The position numbers were made by a program, and so were the translations under genes. The notes below the pieces were generated by a model. That model made no database searches, was not told the origin of the DNA, and saw nothing but the letters and a program-made list of their open reading frames with translations. Positions 25,850 through 38,589 of a stretch of DNA of 64,000 nucleotides are shown piece after piece. How positions within the stretch are numbered: the stretch's first letter is position 1; each line of letters begins with the position of its first letter. The stretch is from Raja brachyura (taxonomy: Eukaryota). The stretch lies in assembly GCA_963514005.1 (NCBI GenBank), contig OY740794.1, forward strand, positions 15,686,001 to 15,750,000, written 5' to 3'.

Positions 25850-26240
25850 TAGAAACATAGAAAATAGGTGCAGGAGTAGGCCATTCGGCCCTTCGAGCCT
25901 GCACCGCCATTCAATATGATCATGGCTGGTCATCCAATTCAGTATCCCGTACCTGCCTTCTCTCCATACCCTCTGATCCCCTTAGCCACAAGGGCCACAT
26001 CTAACTCCCTCTTAAATATAGCCAATGAACTGGCCTCAACTACCTTCTGTGGCAGAGAATACCAGAGATTCACCACTCTCTGTGCGAAAAATGTTTTTCT
26101 CATCTCGGTCCTAAAAGATTTCCCCCTTATCCTTAAACTGTGATCCCTTGTTCTGGACTTCCCCAACATCGGGAACAATCTTCCTGCATCTAGCCTGTCC
26201 AAACCCTTAATAATTTTGTAAGTTTCTATAAGATCCCCCC
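25850..26240 (-). mobile_element. CR1/HER1-like LINE 3' end
   Basis: ORF 25939-26244 is nearly identical to the copy at 6403. Confidence 0.9.
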
Positions 26241-26624
26241 TCAATCATCTAAATTTTGAGCCTGTTTTGATTTCCACCTAAGGCCTCCTCCATCCCAAGT
26301 TGGCTCTGTTATTTACATCCCAATGTAGAAGTCAAGTGAAGTTTGTTGAGTTTATTGTCATATGCACAAATATAGTGAGGTACAGGTACAATGTAAAACT
26401 TGCCTGCAGCACCATCACAACTACGTAGTCCTAGATAATCACACAAAATTACACATTCATTTCACATAGATTCTTCAAGACAGTGACATAACAGATCTGC
26501 TTTCACAACAATAAACTCTTGGAAGGAGGCCGGCCCAGATGGAGTCCTGCGAGGGGTTCTGAGTTCATGCACCAATCGAATGGCCACAGTTTTCACTGTC
26601 ATCTTCAATCTCTCCCTTCAACCG

Positions 26625-26955
26625 TCAGCACGGTGGCGCAGCGGTAGAGTTGCTGCCTTACAGTGCTTGCAGCGCCGGAGACCCGGGTTCGATCCCGACT
26701 GCGGGTGCTGTGTGTACGGAGTTTTACGTTCTCCCCGTGACCGCGTGGATTTTCTCTGAGATCTCCGGTTTCCTCCCACACTCCAAATACGTACAGGTTT
26801 GTAGGTTAATTGGCTTGGGTTTGTATACTTGGTATAAGTGTACATTGTCCCTAGTGTGTCTAGGCTTGTGTTAATGTGCGGGGATTGCTGGTCAGTGCAG
26901 ACTCAGTGGGCCGAAGGGCCTGTATCCGTGCTGTATCTCTAAATTAAACTAAACC
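26625..26955 (+). mobile_element. tRNA-derived V-SINE (HE1-like), representative full-length copy
   Basis: A-box tggcgcagcggtag, B-box gggttcgatccc, V-domain ttctccccgtgaccgcgtgg...ggtttcctcccacactccaaa, (ctaaa)n tail. Other copies at ~9185-9435, 21325-22500, 29155-29345, 33450-33730, 36235-36570, 37880-38165, 40405-40965, 47075-47960, 52405-52690, 56531-56830 and 58600-58795. Confidence 0.85.
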
Positions 26956-27089
26956 AAATTGTCAATTGACCTCTTCTGCTTCAAGGAAACCTCCATCATT
27001 CCAGTCCCCCAAGAAAGATTAAGTGACCTGTCCTAATGGCAATGCCCAGTAGCTCTAAATTGGACCACAGATACATAGATACATGATGC

Positions 27090-27480
27090 ATAGACAATAG
27101 GTGCAGGAGTAGGCCATTCGGCCCTTTGAGCCAACACCGCCATTCAATGTGATCATGGCTGATCATCGACAATCAGTACCCTGTTCCTGCCTTCTCCCCA
27201 TACCCCTTGATTCCGCAAGCCCTAAGGGCTCTTTTGAATGCATCCAGTGAATCAGCCTCCACTGCCTTCTGAGGCAGAAAATTCCATAAATTCACAACTC
27301 TCTATGTGAAAAGGTTTTTCCTAGTCTCAGTTCTAAATGGCCTACCCCTTATTCTTAACCTGTGACCCCTGGTTCTGGACTCCCCCAACATCGGGAATAT
27401 GTTTCCTGCATCTAGCGTGTCCAATCCCTTAATAATTTTATATGTTTCTATGAGATCCCCTCTCATCCTTCCAAATTCCA
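27090..27480 (-). mobile_element. CR1/HER1-like LINE 3' end
   Basis: RMRGDLIETYKIIKGLD...TRGHRLRIRG plus 3' UTR. Confidence 0.85.
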
Positions 27481-27711
27481 TAATGAAGTTCTTTGAAAGA
27501 TTGGTAATGGTCCACATTTGTGCCAGTCGTCTAGACAATCTAGATCCCTTACAATTGGCATACAAGGAAATTAAGTCTACAGGGAATGCCATCTCTCTTG
27601 CACTACATTCAGTCCTGGATCACCTTTACAGTAAGAACACCTATGTCAGGATTATATTAATTGACCACGGCACGTCCTTCAAAATCATAGCACTGAATAA
27701 ACTCCTCCTTA

Positions 27712-27847
27712 GGGGTGGAAGATTGCAACCTTCACGTGGTCCGCCCTGTTTCGACTAATGCAATCAACTCAACGTGTACAAACGGAAGATCAAATAGAAC
27801 AAGTTGTCCAACAACTTTAGGCTGTGCACGTCACACGAAAGAAGAAT
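27712..27847 (+). mobile_element. ~136-bp RTE-related short retroposon with 12-bp TSD
   Basis: Flanked by aactcctcctta (27700-27711) and aactcgtcctta (27848-27859); starts gattgcaaccttcacgtggtc like the RTE 5' motif near 20180; ends in (aag)n. Confidence 0.65.
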
Positions 27848-28219
27848 AACTCGTCCTTAAACTTCTGGACCTAGATCGTGGAGCCTCAAACTGCAACTTG
27901 CTTCTGGACTTCTTGATCAGCAAGCCTCAGTCAATTAGAATTGGTCACAACATTTCCTCCACCCTGATCCTCAACATTAGTGTAAATACCTTTGGTTGAA
28001 CCTGGCTAACATGCAATAGCCAATCTACAATTAGTTAATGTTGACACTCGACATAAGTTAACTGTTGTCTGCTCAGTCATTTGCTCTGCTCCCTTTACAC
28101 CTATGACTATGAAAGAGATTGAGAACCCAGTGTCCTGATATCAGGATAATAGTCAGCAAGATGAAAGAGTCAATTGTTGACAAGGCAGTGAGGAGGTGAA
28201 CAACACCCTGTCTTTTGGT

Positions 28220-28705
28220 CTCCTAATTTGGTCTAATCTGAGGAAAGACATTCTTGCCATAGAGGGAGTACAGAGAAGGTTCACCAGACTGATTCCTGGG
28301 ATGGCAGGACTTCCATATGAAGAAAGACTGGATAGACTCGGCTTGTACTCGCTGGGATTTAGAAGATTGAGGGGGGGAATCTCATAGAAACTCTTAAGGG
28401 GTTGGACAGGCTAGATGCAGAAAGATTGTTCCCGATGTTGGGGAAGTCCAGGACAAGGGGGTCACAGTTTAAGGATAAGGGGGAAGTCTTTTAGGACTGA
28501 GATGAGAAAATCATTTTCATACAGAGTGTAGTTGAGGCCAGTTCGTTGGCTATATTTAAGAGGGAGTTAGATGTGGCCCTTGTGGCTAAAGAGAACAGGG
28601 GGTATGGATACTGAGTTGGATGATCAACCATGACCATATTGAATGGTGGTGCAGGCTCAAAGGGCAGAATGGCCTACTCCTGCACCTATTTTCTATGTTT
28701 CTATG
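28220..28705 (+). mobile_element. CR1/HER1-like LINE 3' end
   Basis: LRKDILAIEGVQRRFTRLIPGM...; ttctatgtttctatg tail. Confidence 0.88.
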
Positions 28706-29368
28706 TCTTCATCAATGGTGCTGATGTAGAGATGGTCAACAGCTTCAAATACCTAGCTATCCATACCACTCCCTTCATAGTGCCGTGGTGATCAAAAATG
28801 TGCATCAGTGCTTTGAGGCATCTGTGAAGATTCAGCATGTCCTATGAACTTCTATATATACACGACTGAAATATTCTGACAAACTACAGCCCGGTATTGC
28901 TCTACTCTTGGCCACCTGAATCTGCAGAGACTGGGGAAAACAGCCCAGTCCATTACAGGCCCGTCACTTCATTCCATCCAGCACATCTTCACAGCATCGG
29001 AAAGATGGAAGTGGCATCAAGGATGCCTGCCACCCTGGCCATTCCCTTTTTTGTCTTCTACCTTCTGGGAGAAGGTGCAGGAGCTTCAAACCTTGGGCAT
29101 CCTGGCTTAAAAACAGCTTCTTCTACACTGGTATCAGTCTCCTGAGCCAAACCGGGTGGCACGGTGGAGCAGCGGTAGAGTTGCTGCATTAGAGCGCCAG
29201 AGACCCGGGTTCGATCCCGACTACAGAGTTTTTCTAAACGGAGTCGGTCTCCCCGTGACCTGCAAGGGTTTTCTCCGAGATCTTCAGTTTCCTCCCACAC
29301 TCCAACGATGTACAGGTTTGTAGGTTAATTGGCTTGGTATGAATGTAAATTCATACCAAGCCAATTAA

Positions 29369-30870
29369 TTTGAACCCAAGGGGGACCAATATCCTGGCGG
29401 GGAGATTTGCAAAGGAGATTTTAAACTAGAAAGGCTGGGGGGAGGCACTCGGGTAGAGGGGGCTAGGGGCCAGGGTGTGGGGCAAGAGGCAGAGAAGGGA
29501 AGCACTCTGACCCAAAATGTAGGCGAGAAAGAGGAAAAAGATAATAAACAGAGAATAAGGGATGGTGGGTTTCTAAAATGTGTATATTTTAATGCTAGGA
29601 GCATTGTAAGAAAGGTGGATGAACTTAGAGCCTGGATTGACATCTGGAAATATGATGTTGTGGCAATCAGTGAAACATGGTTGCAGGAGGGCTGTGTTTG
29701 GAAACTAAATATTCCAGGATTTCGTTGCTTCAGGTGTGATAGAATTGGAGTGACCAGAGGTGGAGATGTTGCATTGCTTGTCAGAGAAGATATTACAGCA
29801 GTGCTTTGGCAGGATAGATTAGAGGGCTCGTCTAGGGAGGCTATTTGGGTGGAACTGAGAAATGGGAACGGTGTAGCAACACTTTTAGGGGTGTATTATA
29901 GACCGCCAAATGGGGAGCGAGAATTGGAAGAGCAAATATGTAAGGAGAGAGCAGATATTAGTAGTAAGCACAAGGTAGTGATTGTGGGAGAGTTCAATTT
30001 TCCAAAAATAGACTGGGAAACACATTCTGTAAATGGGCTGGATGGTTTGGAGTTTGTAAAATGTGTGCAGGATAGTTTTTTGCAGGAATACATAGAGGTA
30101 TCGGCCAGAGAAGGGGCAGTGCTGGTCCTCCTGTTAGGAAATGAGGCAGGTCAGGTGACGGAGGTATGCGTTGGTGAGCACTTCGGGACCAGTGATCACA
30201 ATACCATTAGTTTCAATATAATTATGGAGAGAGTCAGAACTGGACCTAGGGTTGAGATTTTTGATTGGGTAACTTTGAGGGAATGCGTAAGGATTTAAAA
30301 GGAGTGAATTGGGACATTTTGTTTTATGGGAAGGATGTAGAAGAGAAATGGAGGACATTTAAAGGGGAAATTGTAAGAGTACAGAATCTTTATGTCCCTG
30401 TTCGGTTGAAAGGAAATAGTAAAAATTGGAAAGAGCCATGGTTTTCAAGGGAAATTGGACACTTGGTTCGAAAAAAGAGAGATATCTACAATAATTATAG
30501 GGGGCATGGAGTAAATGAGATGCTAGAGGAGTATATAGAGTGTAAAAAGAATCTTAAGAAAGAAATTAGAAAAGCTAAAAGAAGATATGAGGTTGCTTTG
30601 GTAAGAAAGGTGAAAGTAAATCCAAAGGGTTTCTACAGCTATATTAATATCAAAAGGATAATGAGGGATAAAATTGAACCATTAGAGAGCCAGAATGGAC
30701 AGCTATCTGCAGAGCCAAAAGAGATGGGGGAGATATTGAACAATTTATTTTCTTCGGTATTCACCAAGGAGAAGGATATTGAACTCTGTGAGGTAAGGGA
30801 AAAAAGTAGAGTAGCTATGAAAACTATGAGATTCGAAGAGGAGGAAGTACTGACACTTTTGAAAAATCTG
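29369..30870 (+). mobile_element. CR1-like LINE 5' part: end of ORF1 plus APE endonuclease of ORF2, 3' half missing
   Basis: NPRGTNILAGRF (ORF1 esterase end); LKCVYFNARSI..K.DEL...DVVAISETWL...GVYYRPP...GEFNFP...GTSDHN; frameshift into ORF 30265-30942. Confidence 0.88.
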
Positions 30871-31699
30871 GACATCCTGTCCATGTACCTGTCCAAATGT
30901 CTCTTAAACATTATGTGCCCATGCAAGTGCCCTGTCGAGTAGGGTTGCACAATTTCAAGCACTAACACAATATCACATGAGGGAACCTGCATTTTATTCA
31001 CCTGCTCTTCTGGCTCACGGATAACAATCCAGCAGCAACCAGCCATAAAGGAGAAAGTATGCAGTGTGTGCGGGAAGGTGAGGGAGGGAGAGAGGTGGGT
31101 ACGGGGGAGTGAGGAGGGGGATGGCAGCAAAACATGCAGAAAACTAATTACGAAAACTTTTAAAGACACTTATCTGATGTGCATCATTGTCTCTTTAATC
31201 ATGGCATCTGCAGGATTTCATTCAGATCAAAGACTTTGACACAGTTTGAAGATTTTCAGTTATTTGCAGACTGGAAGAGACGAAAATGTTCCTGTACATC
31301 TGATAATTCCACACAGCAGATCCAACACCTGGAACTGTATACCTCACATGAGCAAGAGATAATTCAGTCTCCAACCAGCAGATTACAAAGCTCATTACAC
31401 ATAACACATACACAAGACAATATCCCCATTGTGTCTCCAGAAAATGAAACACGGAGATATTGATACAAGTTTGAATTACTCAATAATATAATAGTGGATG
31501 AAAGTCCTGATGCATCAGGATTCTATCCCCAGCGAATCCCCACTGCTTTCAAGAACAGATGCTCACTTCCCTGGATGGTGACTGGTGACACCTAGTTCTT
31601 CAAAGAAACCTGCAATCTCCAAAGATGAAAAGACATCACCCCTGTAATATTAGCAACATCTAGAAAATAAATTGACCAGAATCATTCCATGTCAATGTC

Positions 31700-32400
31700 G
31701 GGTCGAGTTTATTATCATAGGGTGAGATAGATTACAATGATAATCCTGCTTGTCGGAGCATCACGGGCACATGACTGAGGCAATTCACAAAAACATTAAT
31801 AATATATATAAATATATACATTACACGTAAATTCCACAATAAAAAGACAGTGGAAAACACAAAGACAAGAGTGTAAAACACATTCATAAATCATGTCCAT
31901 GGTAGTGCAAAAGGTGATCCACATGTTCCATTGCAGAGGTGGAATTGGGGTTGTGCAGGTGGATTCAAGAACCTGTTGGTTGTAGGAAAGCAGCTGTTCC
32001 TGACTTCAGGCTTCTGCACCTCTTGCCCGGCGGTAGCAGCGAGATGAGGGCATGGTTTGAAGAATGGGAATATTTGATGATAGATGCTGCCTGCGTAAGG
32101 CAGTGCCTCGTGTATATGCTTTCAGTGATGTGGTTGGCTGTGCCTGTGATAGAGCGGGCTTAGTCCACCAATCCCTCTGCAGGCTCTTGCGTTGGCCGTG
32201 CCAGGCCTCAATGCAACCAGTCAGGATCATTTCTACTGCACACCTGTAGGAGGTAGTCAGAGTATTTAGATGATATGCCAAATCTGTTTAAATTTTTTAG
32301 AAAATAGAGGCACCTTTGTGATTGTACTTATGTGATGAGCCTAGGACAGGTCATCTATGTTGTTAATGCCGAATATTAGAAGTTGCAGTGTGAACACAGT
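31700..32400 (-). mobile_element. Rex1/Babar-type LINE 3' fragment; similar fragment at ~53370-53900
   Basis: YRCAVEMILTGCIEAWHG here, and KAANIIKDPKHPG...LLSSGR.FRSL...TSRFKNSFFP at 53505-53912. Confidence 0.75.
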
Positions 32401-34059
32401 AGAAATGTGCGCCCTGTAACCATCGTGGCTGCATTTCATGGGCACTAGAATGAATAACAATGGTACTTAATGGTATGCATTACAATCACAATTTGCCCAC
32501 CATTAATAGCTAAGTACAGACAAAGAACTGCAAATGTTTGTTTATACCAGAGACAAAAAAAGTGCAGGAGTAACTCAGCGGGTCAGGCAAGATCTCTGGA
32601 GAAAAGGGATGGGTGACATTTTGTGTCGGAACCCTTCAGACTGATTAAGGGTCCCAACCCGACACATCACCCATCCTTTTTATCCTGAGATGCTGCCTGA
32701 CACGATCAGTTACTCCTGCACTTTGTGTCTATCTTTGTTAATGGCTAGGTGTTGAATTTCTTCTGAAATGGGACAATTTTTCTGTGTGCTTAAGGCATGT
32801 ATTTGGCAAACAGGAGTGACATTTGCTTCATTTAATAAACGTTGAATGTACCCCCAGATAATTAGATACTGCCCAATAAGAACTGAAACGCGATAGGGAC
32901 CCTTTCACTTTCTTTACTTATTGAGGAAGGTGTGATTAAGAGGAGTGTGTTATTATTTGGGTATAATTGACACATTTATGTTTAAAAATATATATTCATA
33001 TCATCTTTGTTAAATCATCCTTTCTTAAGTCAACAAAAGAATAAACTTGATATAATCTGCTATATTGGGTTTCCTTGGTACTGGGCAGCAGTCCAGGTAT
33101 TTTGGCATAAAAGGAATTACATTAAAACTGCTGGAAAACTCAGATTGTCAGATGATTAAATATTTTGTCCAGCATTTAGTAATTTATTATTAGATTATAA
33201 CAATTTTAATTTGTACTTTTGCTTTGTGTATTTTTTTGTCTTTTTATCTATTCTCTCTTTCTCAATTTCCTTAACTATATACTGATGTGATACTTTATTG
33301 GACCCTCTGAATGGTGGAGGACCCTCCAAACGGTTGTAAACTCAGCACTCCTACAATTTGTGGTGTAAAAGCACAGAAAAGTCCTGGAAAAAGTCTTAAC
33401 AAAGCAAAATTATGGGATCAGGACACTTGGTAATTTCTTAATATCATTTTAGACTTTAGAGATACAACGTGGAAATAGGTCCTTCGGCCAACCAAGTCCA
33501 CGCCAAATAACGATCGCCCCATACACGAGCAGTATCCTACACACTAGAGACAATTTACAGGAATTACAGATGCAATTTTAACTACAAAACGTACATGTCT
33601 TTGGAATGTGGGAGGAAACGGGAGCACCCAGAGAAAACCCACACGGTCACAGGGAGAACGTACAAACTCCGTGCAGGCAGCACCAGTAGTCAGGATCCAA
33701 CCTGTTTCTCTGCCGCTGTAAGTCAGCAATTACTCTGACATCCTTGGAAAATCAAGTTGGCTGAAGCCGTTTTATGTGATGGTGGGCATTTCAGGATAAA
33801 GTCAGTGGATCACCTATTTGGCACTTGTGGCTGTACTTGGTTGGAAATGGTTCATGCCGTTCTTTAGCACACATGCAAGGCCCAGTCATTACTGAGGATG
33901 GAGATATGCTTGGTGCTTCACAGAACTTGCAGAGGTTGATCAGGAAGATGCTGTTTTCCAGGTACGGGGAGTTTGGACAAGTGGGAGGCTTTTAAAGATG
34001 AGAATGGGAGAGGGACAACATGTTGTTACAGTGAAGAGAAATGCTGGAAGGTTTAGGGA

Positions 34060-34268
34060 AGATAGACACAAAATGCTGGAGTAACTCAGCGAGACGGACA
34101 GCATCTCTGGAGAGAAGGAATGGGTGATGTTTCGGATTGAGACACTTCTTCAGTATGAAGAGACATCAACCATTCCGTCTCTCCGGAGATGCTGCTTGTC
34201 TCGCTGAGTTACTCCAGCATTTTGTGTCCATCTTCGGTATAAACTAGCATCTGCAGTTCCTTCTTCCA
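34060..34268. repeat. Penelope pLTR-derived fold-back repeat (representative copy)
   Basis: gacacaaaatgctggagtaactcagc... followed by its inverse ...gctgagttactccagcattttgtgtc. Similar pairs at ~3343-3490, 3805-3900, 12295-12480, 15540-15720, 23215-23380 and 32520-32735. The same sequence terminates the Penelope copy at 45010-45135. Confidence 0.8.
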
Positions 34269-36824
34269 CATGTTTAGAGAATCCTGGTTGACGAGGGATA
34301 TTGCGGCTATGGTCAATTAAAAGTAAGCACACGTCAGGTATAGGCAGCTGGTATCAGGCAACTCCTTGAGGAATATAAAAAACATAGAAGTACCACATAA
34401 GAGGGATAATCAGGAGGGCAAAGAGAGTGATGTGAGATACAGTAGCTCTTGCAGACAGGATAAAGGAAAATCCAAAGAGATTTTACAGATATATCAAGAG
34501 AATGGGCCTCCTTAAGGATCAATATGGTCGTCTATGTGTCGAGTCACTAGAAATGGGCCAGGTGTTCAAATTAATATTTCTCATCTGTCAAAGAAACAAA
34601 GCAATTGAGGGGAATGAATAGTGTTGTGTTGGTCCATATCGAAATTACAAAAGAGGAGTCGTTAGCAGTCATATAAAATATTAAGGTGGATAAATCCCCA
34701 AGGTCTGACAAAATGTATTTTTGGACATGACAGAAGCTAAGGAAGAAAATGCCCTGGCAGAGATATTTGTATCATCTGTAGCCACAGGGAAGGTACCAGA
34801 AACATGGAGCATGACTTATGTTGTACATTCATTTAACAACAGTTACTCAAGCACTTTGTGTCTTATCTTGTAATCCACCATTTGCAGTTCCTTGTGGCTT
34901 CAATTGATGGAAGGCCGTGTGACGGTAACTGGGTTACCATGCCATTTTGGAGTTAGAGTTGGGGTCATACGGCACAGAAGCGAGCCCTTCGGCCCACCAC
35001 ATCTGTACTAGCCATCACCAATCCATCTCCACTAGTCCTACATTTTATTTCCCCATATTCACATCAAATCCTCTCAGCTTCTGCCCCTCACCAGCTAACT
35101 GTGGGCAAATCACAGTGACAAATTCACCTACTGATCCACATGGGATGTGGGAGGAGACAAGAGTACCTGGGTAAACCCACCCACTCCTTATACTGCTTGC
35201 CCAGTAGCAGGGAGAACTTCACGCAGTCAGTAGCCGAGGATTAAACCGAGATCTCCGACACTGTGAGGCAGCAGCTGTAATTGCTGTGCGTCTGTATCAC
35301 CCATGTGCAGAAATTGGAGGAGGAGGAATTTCTTTAGCCAGAGGGTGGTGAATCTGTGGAATTCATTGTCATGGATGGCTGTGGGGGCCAAGTCACGGAG
35401 TATTTTTAAAGAGGAGGTTGATAAGTTCTGGATTAGTAACAGCATCAAAGGTTACGGGGAGAAGGCAGGAAAATGGGTTGAAAGGGAAATATAGAACACG
35501 ATCGAATGGCGGAGTAGACTCAATGGGCCGAATGGGCTAATTTTGCTCCCACGTCTTCTGGTGTTGTGTCAAACAGGCAGGGGAATTGGCGACCTGGCTC
35601 CCACTCATTGAAGACTTGGTCCACTCCAACTGCTGGGTGTTGTCTTCTTCCTGAACCTGCAGACATTTCATGGAAAATGTAGGAAGCCCAGCCTGAAGAA
35701 CTTTTCAAATAGATTTTTCTAATTTTGAAAACACAGCCTGTGTTATAGATAGAAGAACTTGAATTGATTAATGGTTAATAAAACCTTTAGTATACACACA
35801 AAAGAAGGTGTTTGACAAGCATTGCCTGTGAGAGAGCTGGTTAAGGTGGGTAATGTTACCAATTAATATGCCGTGATACTCTTTCCATGATATGGGTGGG
35901 AGAAAATCTTCTAATTGTTGGTTGAACCAAAGGGAGATTTAACTTCTCCTCCATTGGAGTTTTACTCCATTCTTAGGCAATGTTACATAATTAATTATAT
36001 TATTTTCATGGTACCCAGATGTGATTTACAGATAGGTTACTGTGATTCAGACAATCTTATGTTAAAAACTTAGCATTGCTGAGTGAACATAACTAATTTT
36101 AAGTTAGCTACAATGATCACCAGTGACGACTTAATGGAAAATGAAAGCCCAACTTCATTTGTAAAAATACATGAATAATGTTGTGACTCTCCCAATGAGT
36201 AGATTTGGAAGCTACAATGGTCAGAAGTTTTGTTTAGTTTAGTTTAGGGGTACAGTGTGTGAACAGGCCCTTCGGCCCACCAATTCCATGCTAGTTCTAT
36301 GTTATCCCATTATCACATCCACCCTCTACACGTTAACCCTACCCCCAACCCCAATTGGCCATTTTACAGAGGCCAATTAACCTACAAACTTTGGGATGTG
36401 GGAGGAACTGGGGCACCCGGAACAAACCCACATGGTCACAGGGACTGTGCAAACTCCACACAAACAGCACCCAAGGTCAGGATTGACAATAGACAATTGG
36501 TGCAGGAGTAAGCCATTCGGCCCTTCGAGCCAGCACCAACACAGAGACCCGGGTCTCTGGCACTGTGAGACAGTGACAGGGTATTTGCTGCCACACAAGG
36601 TGAGGTGGAATTATGTTTGACGTTCTTCAATAAATTGAGATGTAAAACATTTAATTTTTTCAACCAGGCCTGTGCTTTGGCACCCAAAGGTGCTGAGACT
36701 GGAGCAATGCTGCATTGATCTAATATAAGTACAGTAACCCAGTTCAGTTTAGTTTAGTTTATTGCCACGTGTACCGAGGTGCAGTGAAAATCTTTTGTTC
36801 CTTGCTAACCAGTCAACAGAAAGA

Positions 36825-37350
36825 GTTATTTTAACGGGCCTGTTTATAATGGATCTTGGTTACAGCGGACAGACCTACAGACGGCTGTCCACGCCACCCC
36901 CGACTCACGCAGCCGCCAGTGCCGTTACTGCACTGTGCCACCCACACCACCCCGGTTCACATTGCTTCTAGGCCTCTAGGCCAGACCTTCTACTGCCACC
37001 CCCGGCCCACAGCTTCCTCGGCCGCTTCCAAACTGCCTCTGCTGCCACCACCGCCAACTCTCACCTGCGCTTCGGCCAGCCATGGGGCACGTCCAATGAC
37101 ACCTCCGATCCTCGCCTCACCCCCGGCCAGCCGGTAATCAACTCATCTGGATTCCAGACCCAGTTCTGGACCAAGAGTCTGAAAAAAGGTCTTAACCTGA
37201 AACATCACCGATCCATGTTCTCCAGAGATGCTGAGTGACTCCAGTGGATTAACCAGCAACTGCAGTGGTTTGTTTCTCCTACATATACAATCATAATACC
37301 TTACATGACTTTCCACCCCAGATGGTCCATTATAACGAGGGTTTACCACA
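36825..37350. mobile_element. Tc1/pogo(Tigger)-like MITE; second copy at ~54799-55310
   Basis: Degenerate TIRs of type cagtaaaccctcgttataacggacc (ggtccattataacgagggtttac at ~37323; gtaaaccctcgtttttacgg at 54800; gttataacaagtttatactgt at ~55290). Both copies have GC-rich cores. Confidence 0.55.
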
Positions 37351-38589
37351 TCTAGGACTCGAGGGAGAGTTGGCCATCCATTAGGGCTCATGGGGCCTAG
37401 TCTATGATATTGACATTCTATCTGTACCATTTTCCAAAATCATTCCAGTATGTCTTAATTCCCCTCATGTCCAGAAATATATTAAACTCTGGTTTGAACC
37501 AACACCATGACTGAATTTCCTCTGGCCTCCAAAGGTTCACCAGTGGCAGCATAAAGAAATTTCTCCTCATTACTGAATGGTCCTTATTCTCATATTCCTT
37601 TCACTGGTCCTAGACTCCTCAGCCAGTGGGAAACATCTTCCTTGCATCTAAATTTTCAAGCCGCTTAAGATTGTATTATATTTTAAAGAGATCGCCTCTC
37701 TGTCTTTTTTTAAATTCTAGCACTTACAGTCCCAGTCTACACAATATTTCTTCATTCGGTAAACTGGGCCTCTCTGAAACCGGCCGATTGAATCTTTAAT
37801 GCCCTCTGGCAAAATATATCTTTCCGTAACTAAGGAGACCAAAACTCTACGCAATACGCCAAGGCTTTATACAAATTTAGGATGGCACAGCGGTAGAGTT
37901 GCTGCCTAAGCTGCAAAGAACCAGGTTCAATCCTGACTACAGGTGCTGTCTGAACGGAGTTTGAGCATTCTCCCTGTGACCTGCGTGGGTTTTCTCCGGG
38001 TGCTACGACACTCCAATTACGTACAGGTTTGTAGGTTAATTGGCTTTGGTAAAAAAAAAATTGTCCCTTGTCTGTGGGATAATGTTAGTGCACGTGGTGA
38101 TTGGTGGTTGGCACGGACTCAGTGGGCCGAAGGGCCCGTTTCCACGCTGTGTCTCTGAAGTCTAAATGCAAGACCCTTGTATTCAAATCCACTTACAATT
38201 CCCTAAAGTGCTTATTGCAACTATATGTTGGCTTTCAGCAACTTTTGGTTTGTGAACTGCACATAGGACTGGAATAATGAGATTCATACTTGCTGCACCT
38301 TTTCAAGCACATGAAATGCAAGAACACAAAAAATAAACATTTAATAAATTGGTGCGTAAGCCCCATAGTTTACTACTCAAACTAACAAAGCAGCTGCATC
38401 ACATTCTTAACTCAAATCTTGGCAAAACAAGGCCTTCAGCAGATTGAAATGTAAAGTTGTCGCACAAAAGATTTATTTCTCACTAAACTAAATCCCTGTC
38501 ACACGGGAGCCCTGGTCCCCCAATGCAACCCGTTCCCCAACGCAATATTCCACCACCCACCCATAGCCCCCACCTGCGCAGGCGCGGCT

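Larger units (their letters stand above)
25400..29145 (+). mobile_element. Old Rex1/Babar-type LINE fragmented by nested insertions
   Basis: YRQRLKLEAP..VVQHWS at ~25410 and IMKFFERLVMVHI...LDPLQLAY...AISLALHSVLDHL...YVRIILID at ~27480-27670, typical of Rex1/Babar RT. Confidence 0.75.

Noticed and set aside
26630-26705. tRNA gene
   Set aside because: A and B boxes run directly into the V-SINE core and tail, and the sequence is repeated many times; it is a SINE head.
31250-31650. Possible hAT transposase remnant (VDESPDAS-like reading near 31495)
   Set aside because: Single short motif with no TIRs or extended frame; insufficient support.
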